Source: Isoptericola halotolerans
GTDB taxonomy: Bacteria > Actinomycetota > Actinomycetes > Actinomycetales > Cellulomonadaceae
Direction: 5' to 3'
DNA length: 64,000 nt
Assembly (NCBI RefSeq): GCF_013149785.1
Contig: NZ_JABEZU010000001.1
Location: 310,001-374,000, forward strand
Part shown: one piece after another, positions 45,725 through 52,753 of the stretch
Layout of the letters: every line of letters begins with the position of its first letter
Numbering within the stretch: the first letter of the stretch is position 1
The notes under the pieces: generated by a model
The model's database searches: none
What the model saw: the letters and a program-made list of their open reading frames with translations, nothing else
What the model was told of the DNA's origin: nothing
Translations under genes and position numbers: made by a program

Positions 45725-46771
45725 ATGAGCAACCTCGAGACGCGCCCGGACGAGCAGGTGTGCGCACCCGGCTCTGCCGTCGGCGGCGTGGAGCTGCTGG
45801 AAGCGCGGGACGTCCCGCTCGGCGGCCCGCGCGCCATGACCGTGCGCCGGACGATCCCGCAACGGCAGCGCTCCCTCATCGGTGCCTGGTGCTTCTGCGA
45901 CCACTACGGGCCCGACGACGTCTCGTCGTCGGCGGGGATGCAGGTGCCGCCGCACCCGCACATCGGGTTGCAGACCGTCAGCTGGCTGTTCGCCGGGGAG
46001 ATCCTGCACCGGGACTCGGTGGGGTCGTGGCAGACGGTGCTGCCCGGCGAGCTCAACCTCATGACGGCAGGGCACGGCATCTCGCACTCGGAGGAGTCGC
46101 CTGCGACCTCGGCGGGCCGTCCTCGCCCGCCCACGTTGCACGGCGTCCAGCTCTGGACGGTCCTGCCTCTTGCGGTGAAGGACAGCGCGCCGAGCTTCGA
46201 GCACCACGCTGACCTGCCCGTCGTCGTCCACGACGGTGCCCGGGTGCAGGTCTTCCTCGGGACGTTGCGTGTCGCGGACGAGGAGCTGGTGTCGCCGGCG
46301 CGCACCTACACCCCGCTCGTCGGCGCACAGATCGACCTGGAGGCCGGTGCGTCGGTCGTCCTCGACGTCGACCCGGTCTTCGAGCACGGGCTGCTCGTGG
46401 ACGACGGCGACGCGCGCCTCGAGACCGACGCCGTGCCGCCCGGTGCGCTCGCCTACACGGCCCCCGGGCGGGCCCGGCTGACCGTGGCCGCCGGCGAGAG
46501 CCCGGTGCGTGCCGTCCTGCTCGGGGGCGAGCCGTTCGCCGAGGACGTCGTCATGTGGTGGAACTTCGTGGGACGCACCCACGAGGAGATCGTCCGCGCG
46601 CGGGCCGACTGGGCGGCGCAGCTCACCGACCTGGACGACGGTGGCACGGACTTCGAGCCGGGTGCCGGTGAGCGTCGCTTCGGCAGGGTCGACGGCTACG
46701 CCGGCGGGCCGTTGCGCGCCCCGGCGCTGCCGGAGGTCCGGCTGCGTCCCCGGCGTCGCCCCGGCTCCTGA
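45725..46771 (+). CDS. Pirin family protein
   Basis: GAWCFCDHYGP, PHPHIGLQTVSW, HRDS, MTAGHGISHSE, MWWNFV. Confidence 0.94.
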   Translation: MSNLETRPDEQVCAPGSAVGGVELLEARDVPLGGPRAMTVRRTIPQRQRSLIGAWCFCDHYGPDDVSSSAGMQVPPHPHIGLQTVSWLFAGEILHRDSVGSWQTVLPGELNLMTAGHGISHSEESPATSAGRPRPPTLHGVQLWTVLPLAVKDSAPSFEHHADLPVVVHDGARVQVFLGTLRVADEELVSPARTYTPLVGAQIDLEAGASVVLDVDPVFEHGLLVDDGDARLETDAVPPGALAYTAPGRARLTVAAGESPVRAVLLGGEPFAEDVVMWWNFVGRTHEEIVRARADWAAQLTDLDDGGTDFEPGAGERRFGRVDGYAGGPLRAPALPEVRLRPRRRPGS

Positions 46772-46792
46772 AGGGTCGCTCGCGGGCCGGTC

Positions 46793-48145
46793 TCAGGGGA
46801 ACGTGATCCGGAGCTTGGCGTTCTTCATCCCCTTGCCGACGTTGACGACCTTGATCTTCATCCCTCCGCTGCGGGTGGTGAAGGTCTGTCCCTCGCGCAT
46901 GGTGGAGCGACGGGTCGACTCACGGCCCATGGGGACCACGAGGTGCTCGCCCGGGTACGCCCACGTGGACCGGCTGCCCGCCATGCGGGAGACCGTGATG
47001 CCGTAGCGCACGGTGTAGTCGGAGCTCGCCCGGTAGGGCAGGGGTGTGTACGGGTACCGCACACCGGGCTCGTTGCTGCGCAGCTCGATGAAGTAGACCT
47101 CCCCGGTCCGGGGGTCGCGGGCCCGGACGAGGGTCGGGCGCTTCGTGTCCCGGTGCCGGGCGGTGAGCAGGACGGTGCGGTTGCCGCCCTTCGCGCCGAC
47201 GAACCGCTGCTCGGACTTCGGCAGGACGCCGAGGCGTCGCTTGTGCGCGCCGGAGAGCGAGGGGATGCCCTGCGCGGCGAACTCGGCACCCATCAGGTCC
47301 AGGGGGTCGAGCCCTTCGGCAGCGCCGCACCGCGAGCTGCGGAACCCGCCGTCGTTCTTGCCCCGGCACCACCCCACGCCGGAGTGCTCCAGCCCCAGGT
47401 TGTGGGCGAGCTCGTGCGCCAGCGTGGCCACGCCCTTGTCGTACTGGCGGTGGTTCCACCGGTTGGTGGACCTGAGCCCGTCGGGCCCGCCGAACAGGGA
47501 GAACGCCCACCCTCCCGGCGAGTCCCGGCCCGCCTTGGAGGGCATCGAGGCGAGCCCGACCTTGCCGGCGCAGGTCTTGCCGTAGCGAGACCCGCCGGCG
47601 TAGTCGCCCTTGCCGTACGGGTAGAGCACCACGAGGTGGGCGCGACGGTCGGGCCCCCGGTTCTTCGCGGAGTACCAGCCCTTCCCGTAGTGCTTGGCGC
47701 CGCCCCGCTTGACCTGCTTCAGCACCTGCTGGGTCGTGCGGCAGGCGCCGTCGCCGGTGTTGATGCGGTGGATCTTTCCCGATCGGACAAAGGTGACCTT
47801 TCCCCTGGACTGCTTCGACCAGTAGGAGGAGGTCCGGGAGAGAAGTCGGTCGACGTCGGTGTCCCGGACCATTTTCTTGACGCGCTTCTTCGACATGTTC
47901 TTGGGTGTCGCGACGACGACCTGCACGGTGTGGGTCTTCTTCTTGGTGCGGACCGCCGTCGCGAGCGCGCGGGTCCCGTCGTTGGTGGACGTCCGCCCGA
48001 AACGGGACGAGTCGACGGCGGACTCCCAGGTCACCGGGCTCCCGCCGTGCGGCTCCCGCACCTCTGGCGCGGCAGCGGCCGCCGTCGCGTCGACGAGGAG
48101 CAGTGCACCCACGATGGTGGCGACGACAGAAAAGCGCAGCGACAT
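46793..48145 (-). CDS. Secreted metzincin-type zinc metallopeptidase, strongly basic
   Basis: Signal peptide MSLRFSVVATIVGALLLV..AAA; HELAHNLGLEH; Met-turn DLMG. Confidence 0.82.
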   Translation of the reverse strand: MSLRFSVVATIVGALLLVDATAAAAAPEVREPHGGSPVTWESAVDSSRFGRTSTNDGTRALATAVRTKKKTHTVQVVVATPKNMSKKRVKKMVRDTDVDRLLSRTSSYWSKQSRGKVTFVRSGKIHRINTGDGACRTTQQVLKQVKRGGAKHYGKGWYSAKNRGPDRRAHLVVLYPYGKGDYAGGSRYGKTCAGKVGLASMPSKAGRDSPGGWAFSLFGGPDGLRSTNRWNHRQYDKGVATLAHELAHNLGLEHSGVGWCRGKNDGGFRSSRCGAAEGLDPLDLMGAEFAAQGIPSLSGAHKRRLGVLPKSEQRFVGAKGGNRTVLLTARHRDTKRPTLVRARDPRTGEVYFIELRSNEPGVRYPYTPLPYRASSDYTVRYGITVSRMAGSRSTWAYPGEHLVVPMGRESTRRSTMREGQTFTTRSGGMKIKVVNVGKGMKNAKLRITFP

Positions 48146-48254
48146 TCCGGATCCCCCGAACCGATCGACGTCGATGATTCGGAGCGTATCGACGAATATC
48201 GGAATGCGCCCGTCGGAAAGGAATGTCCTTTTGGTCGGGAAGATCCGGACGGGG

Positions 48255-48749
48255 CTATTGGTTCCGATGCCGGACGATGATCGGCAGGACGGCCCACAGG
48301 CCGAGGAGCAGCACCGCGCACGCACTCCCGACCACCAGTCCGGCCGTGCGGTCGAGGACGACGTCGAAGACCAGCAGCGCCGTGCAGGAGAGCGCGACGG
48401 CGAGCAGCACCAGCGCCGCCCTGGTCATCCGGTCTCCGATGGTGACCACCGGCCGCTTGAGGTGGCGGCGGAACAACGACCGGTGGATCGCCACCGGGGC
48501 GACGAACAGGCCGGTCGCCGTGATGCAGACGAGAAGGTCCACCAGGTACACGTTGCGCTGGAAGGCGTCGAGGTCCTGGAACCGGGACTGGAAGGGCAGG
48601 ATCAGCAGGAAGCCGGTGAGGATCTGGACGCCGGTCTGCATGACCCGCAGCTCCTGGAGCAGCTCGACCCAGTTGCGGTCGGAGCGTTCCTCCGACGTCT
48701 CCTCCCGGCCGTGCTCCCGGGGCTCCGGCCTTCTTGCGGCGTCCGTCAT
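48255..48749 (-). CDS. DUF6328-like membrane protein
   Basis: DRNWVELLQELRVMQTGVQILTGFLLILPFQ. Confidence 0.85.
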   Translation of the reverse strand: MTDAARRPEPREHGREETSEERSDRNWVELLQELRVMQTGVQILTGFLLILPFQSRFQDLDAFQRNVYLVDLLVCITATGLFVAPVAIHRSLFRRHLKRPVVTIGDRMTRAALVLLAVALSCTALLVFDVVLDRTAGLVVGSACAVLLLGLWAVLPIIVRHRNQ

Positions 48750-48829
48750 CGCCCCTCCTCCGTGACTGCTGGTGGGCACCTCATCGTGCCACCGGGGGGC
48801 CGTGGGCGCAGCGACGGCACGATGTCGCG

Positions 48830-49318
48830 ATGCTGGCTCCGTTCACGCTCCGTGCCGCGACACCCGACGACGCCGCCGGGTGCGCCCTGGTCCATCACAC
48901 CTCGTGGGTCGAGACGTACTCCGGGCTGCTCCGTGCGGACCACTGGGACACCGACACCCTGGAGCGACGCACCCTGCTGTGGCAGCGCTGGCTCGCCGGC
49001 GACGGGGTCGTCGTGGCCGAGGCCGGGGGTCGTGTCGTGGGCATCGCCTCCGACGGCAGCGGGCGGACCGTCGGGGGCCACGAGCCCGTGCGTGAGCGCG
49101 AGCTGTACCTCCTCTACGTTCTGCAGGCGCACCACGGGTCCGGGGCAGGCCAGGCCCTGCTCGACGCCGTCCTGCCGCCATACGCAACTGCCCAGCTCTG
49201 GGTCGCGGAGCACAACCCGCGCGCGCGTCGGTTCTACGAGCGCAATGGGTTCGTCCCCGACGGTGCTCGGTGCGTCGATGAGCAGCTCGGCCTCGCCGAG
49301 GTCCGCCACGTGCGGTGA
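48830..49318 (+). CDS. GNAT family N-acetyltransferase
   Basis: LYVLQAHHGSGAGQALL, LWVAEHNPRARRFYERNGF. Confidence 0.9.
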   Translation: MLAPFTLRAATPDDAAGCALVHHTSWVETYSGLLRADHWDTDTLERRTLLWQRWLAGDGVVVAEAGGRVVGIASDGSGRTVGGHEPVRERELYLLYVLQAHHGSGAGQALLDAVLPPYATAQLWVAEHNPRARRFYERNGFVPDGARCVDEQLGLAEVRHVR

Positions 49319-49334
49319 CACCCCGTCGGGGTGC

Positions 49335-49376
49335 GCTGAGCGGGTGACGGGAATCGAACCCGCGCTATCAGCTTGG
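49335..49376 (-). repeat. att-like duplication of the tRNA-Gly 3' half (42 bp)
   Basis: GCTGAGCGGGTGACGGGAATCGAACCCGCGCTATCAGCTTGG is identical to 50621-50662. Confidence 0.93.
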
Positions 49377-49391
49377 AATGGCGGGGGTTGC

Positions 49392-50099
49392 TCACCACTG
49401 CTTGTACGGCGCCAGGTGCGGCGTGAAGCCCTTCGTGGGCGGCGAGACGGTCCAGCCGTACTTCTGGAGGGTGGCTGCCGCTTCCTGCTGGAGGTCGCGG
49501 ACGGTGGACCGGAACTGCCTCATGCGCCACCGCTCGCGTCCGGCTTCGAGCGCAGCCTGCCATCCTTCGACCGCGTCGACGCCGCAGTCCTTGATGAGCA
49601 TCTCGAGCACGTCCTCCAGGCATGGCCTGAATCTCTCTCCGCCGACAGGGAGATGAACGCTGGAGAGATCGTGAGGCTGCTTGACCCGCCGACTGTCCTT
49701 GGCGTGCGCGATGGCGAGCAGGTGGCTGAAGGCACCGCGCTCTCCGTGGAACTGCCAGTGGCAGATGGGATCGGTTCGCATGTCGCTGAGGTACTCCAGC
49801 CGGACCAGCGGTGTGCTGTCCAGTGTCGAGTACACGGCGATGTCGGTGCGCGTCGCCTTCAGGTGCTCGCGGGCGTGGTCGAGCTGGAGGAAGACGGCGA
49901 CGGCCAGGTCTGCGAGGTGCTGGCCCTGGACGTGCAGCGGGACCCGTTGGTTCTTCTTCGTCGTGCCGTCGGGTCGGACGGCGTATCGATCCCCGAGCTT
50001 CACGGAGACCATCTGCACGTGGTCGCCCAGGGTGGCGGCGATCATGTCGCCGATCTCACCGGCGAACTCGCGGGATCGCTCTTCGAGTTCAGAAGTCAT
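49392..50099 (-). CDS. Hypothetical protein (235 aa), islet cargo
   Basis: MTSELEERS...PLVRLEY..HWQFH..VHLPVGGERFRPCLEDVLEMLI; start overlaps the upstream small gene. Confidence 0.8.
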   Translation of the reverse strand: MTSELEERSREFAGEIGDMIAATLGDHVQMVSVKLGDRYAVRPDGTTKKNQRVPLHVQGQHLADLAVAVFLQLDHAREHLKATRTDIAVYSTLDSTPLVRLEYLSDMRTDPICHWQFHGERGAFSHLLAIAHAKDSRRVKQPHDLSSVHLPVGGERFRPCLEDVLEMLIKDCGVDAVEGWQAALEAGRERWRMRQFRSTVRDLQQEAAATLQKYGWTVSPPTKGFTPHLAPYKQW

Positions 50100-50286
50100 C
50101 GGTGGTTTCCCCGAGGAGAAAAGCGATCTCCTCGAGTTCTTCCACCGCGTCCCATTCGAAGCCGGCCAGAGAGCCGCGGGCCACACGCTCGCGGAAGTCG
50201 TCCAACGTGGTCCCGAGCGTCGTGAGGATCTCCTCGCGCCGACGCTCGAGGTCGGCGCGAGTCACTTCGATCGTGCGGGGGGCCAT
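50089..50286 (-). CDS. Small acidic hypothetical protein (65 aa), islet cargo
   Basis: AAGGA RBS; MAPRTIEVTRADLERRREEIL...EWDAVEELEEIAFLLG. Confidence 0.75.
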   Translation of the reverse strand: MAPRTIEVTRADLERRREEILTTLGTTLDDFRERVARGSLAGFEWDAVEELEEIAFLLGETTDDF

Positions 50287-50318
50287 GTCAGCGTCCTTCC
50301 GTTCGTCGGTAGTCCACC

Positions 50319-50340
50319 ATCCTGCTACGAGGCACCGACA
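50319..50340 (-). promoter_or_regulatory. PafBC/RecA-NDp-like promoter motif
   Basis: Minus strand TGTCGG-tgcctcgtag-CAGGAT versus the mycobacterial TGTCGG-N10-TANNNT. Confidence 0.5.
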
Positions 50341-50585
50341 CACACCAGATCGGGTGGAGTGTCTGTGCGAACGCGCTCATCGGGGGGCTGCCCTGTCGTG
50401 CGCGCGCCGCTCGAACTCCTGGCACACGGCCGAGTGCCATCGCACGGGAGCCTGGTTCATCTGTCGCGTGGCCGGCTCCGAGTGCCGTAGCCATCCGACC
50501 GTCCGGTCGTGCGATCCAGGTGCCGTCGTGGACGGAGCCGGTCGCGGCCTGGGAAGGGGTGCCAGAACCGGCCTCCGGCAGACGA

Positions 50586-50618
50586 CGAGAGGCCCGGCCG
50601 TGACGGCCGGGCCTCTCG
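50586..50618 (-). terminator. Stem-loop immediately 3' of tRNA-Gly
   Basis: CGAGAGGCCCGGCCG-TGA-CGGCCGGGCCTCTCG. Confidence 0.75.
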
Positions 50619-50624
50619 GTGCTG

Positions 50625-50695
50625 AGCGGGTGACGGGAATCGAACCCGCGCTATCAGCTTGGGAAGCTGAAGTTCTACCATTGAACTACACCCGC
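50625..50695 (-). tRNA. tRNA-Gly(CCC)
   Basis: GCGGGTGTAGTTCAATGGTAGAACTTCAGCTTCCCAAGCTGATAGCGCGGGTTCGATTCCCGTCACCCGCT; cloverleaf with anticodon CCC; CCA not fully encoded. Confidence 0.97.
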
Positions 50696-50867
50696 ACGCC
50701 GGTCCTCGCGGGCCCAGGAAGGGCCGCCACGACGACGCGCGTCCCGATCATACCCAACACCCCGCCCGACGCCGAAACCGGGACGGAACCGGGGGCGTCG
50801 AGCCGCGCCGTCGGACGCCTCGCGAGACCGCGGTGCGCGCCGGGGGAGCGCCGACTACCGTGTCCCC

Positions 50868-51443
50868 GTGCTGCTCTCCGACCGCGACATCCGTGCCGAG
50901 CTCGACGCCGGGCGCGTCGCCCTGGACCCCTACGACCCGGCGATGGTGCAGCCGTCGAGCATCGACGTGCGCCTCGACCAGTTCTTCCGGCTCTTCGACA
51001 ACCACCGGTACCCGTTCATCGACCCGTCGCAGGAGCAGCCGGAGCTGACCCGGCTGGTCGAGGTCGACCCCGGTGAGCCCTTGGTGCTGCACCCGGGGGA
51101 GTTCGTCCTGGGGTCCACCTACGAGGCGGTCACGCTGCCCGACGACGTCGCCGCCCGGCTCGAGGGCAAGTCCAGCCTGGGGCGGCTGGGCCTGCTCACC
51201 CACAGCACGGCGGGGTTCATCGACCCGGGGTTCTCCGGCCACGTGACGCTCGAGCTGAGCAACGTGGCGACGTTGCCGATCACGCTCTGGCCCGGCATGA
51301 AGATCGGTCAGCTCTGCTTCTTCCGGCTCAGCTCGCCCGCGGAGCACCCCTACGGTTCGGAGCGCTACGGGTCGCGGTACCAGGGGCAGCGCGGGCCGAC
51401 GGCGAGCCGGTCCTGGCAGTCCTTCCACCGTTGGGGCGTATGA
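50868..51443 (+). CDS. dcd: dCTP deaminase
   Basis: [48 protein letters not shown]. Confidence 0.97.
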   Translation: MLLSDRDIRAELDAGRVALDPYDPAMVQPSSIDVRLDQFFRLFDNHRYPFIDPSQEQPELTRLVEVDPGEPLVLHPGEFVLGSTYEAVTLPDDVAARLEGKSSLGRLGLLTHSTAGFIDPGFSGHVTLELSNVATLPITLWPGMKIGQLCFFRLSSPAEHPYGSERYGSRYQGQRGPTASRSWQSFHRWGV

Positions 51444-52672
51444 GCGCGTACTACCGAGGCGGCCGACGTCGGTACGCTCGGTCCCGCCGCGCGGGGTCGA
51501 CGACCAGGAACGACGCGGCGCCCCGGTCCCGGAAGGAGCTCCGTCAGATGGCCAAGCAGTCGCCACCGTCCCTGCCCCCGCTGCCACGTGCGACCACGCA
51601 GGGGCACCAGGCGCGCCACCTGCTGGCCGTGCCCGCTGACGTGGAGGTCGACGAGGTCGAGGTGCTCGCGATGTCCCGGTTCTCCGGGGCGCGCTGGGAC
51701 GTGGCGCCCGCGTCGCTGCTCGGCGCCGACCTGCCTGCCGGACGCATCGCCGCCCCCGGTGAGCCCGGCGTGCTGCGACTGACCCGTCACAGCCACGTCC
51801 ACGGCCCCTACGCGCCGCGGGGTGACGGCTTCGAGACGGGTCTGCCCAGCGGCACGGCCATGGTCTTCGACGTCGTGACGCCGCGGGAGCGCTGGGACGA
51901 CCCCCCGCTCCCGGGCGGCGGGGACCGGGACGGGCTGGCCCGGTCATTCCCTGCCGGTCTGCCGAACCGTGAGGAGGAGCGGGTCGTCGCCTGGCTCGTG
52001 GCGGCGGCTCGGCGGCTCGGCGGCTCGACCCGGCTCGACGTCGCGGCCCTGTGGGACCCCGCGGAGGCCGCGCGCCGCGACGCCGGGGCCGGTGTCGTGC
52101 TCACGCCGGACCCGGGCGCCGCCGTCGATCTCACGGTCTGGTCGGACATCTGGCTCGACCCGCAGGCCGCGCACCGGGTGCTCCAGGCGGTCCACCCGCG
52201 CGTCGTCCTCGCGACCGAGGGGGCGGACTACCAGGGACCGCCGCCCGGCATCGCCGACAAGCCGCTCTACCCCGGCGAGAAGATGGACCCGGAGGTGCGC
52301 CGGGCACTGCACGCCCGCGCCGACGACATCGACATCGCCGCGCTCCAGGAGCCGGTGGTGCTGGACGGCTACGGTCTGACGATCGACCTCGGCCACGACG
52401 GGTTCGTCACGGTGGAGGTCAGCGGCGACGAGGTGCTGCCGCTGCTGGTCAAGGAGCTGCCGTGGGCGGCCGGCGGGGCGATCTGCTACCGCGTCGTCTG
52501 GGACCCGCCGGACCTGCACGAGGCGCAGCGGGAGTTCCCGCAGCCCGCGCTGGTCGTGGCGCGCAGGCGGTCCGCGGACCTGGTCGGCAAGGTGGCCTCG
52601 GCCATCCAGGGTGCCGTCGGCGGCGAGATCGCCGACGAGTCCGAGTTCCTCCTGGCGCCCGAGGACCTGTAG
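51440..52672 (+). CDS. Hypothetical protein; paralog of 43991..44995
   Basis: ATGA overlap with the dcd stop (alternative start 51548); [30 protein letters not shown]. Confidence 0.8.
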   Translation: MSAYYRGGRRRYARSRRAGSTTRNDAAPRSRKELRQMAKQSPPSLPPLPRATTQGHQARHLLAVPADVEVDEVEVLAMSRFSGARWDVAPASLLGADLPAGRIAAPGEPGVLRLTRHSHVHGPYAPRGDGFETGLPSGTAMVFDVVTPRERWDDPPLPGGGDRDGLARSFPAGLPNREEERVVAWLVAAARRLGGSTRLDVAALWDPAEAARRDAGAGVVLTPDPGAAVDLTVWSDIWLDPQAAHRVLQAVHPRVVLATEGADYQGPPPGIADKPLYPGEKMDPEVRRALHARADDIDIAALQEPVVLDGYGLTIDLGHDGFVTVEVSGDEVLPLLVKELPWAAGGAICYRVVWDPPDLHEAQREFPQPALVVARRRSADLVGKVASAIQGAVGGEIADESEFLLAPEDL

Positions 52673-52753
52673 CACCTCGGTCGTGGCGCAGGCCGGTCGG
52701 AGCCCGCGCCGATAGAGTGAAGCCCCGCCCCGCCCCCGGACGGACGGAGTGCC

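Larger units (their letters stand above)
49335..50662. mobile_element. Integrase-less genomic islet at tRNA-Gly(CCC)
   Basis: Bounded by the 42-bp direct repeat; cargo has more A/T-ending codons than neighbouring genes; no integrase. Confidence 0.75.

Noticed and set aside
49335..49376. Second tRNA-Gly gene
   Set aside because: Only the 3' half is present (no D-arm or 5' acceptor strand), so it is an att-like remnant
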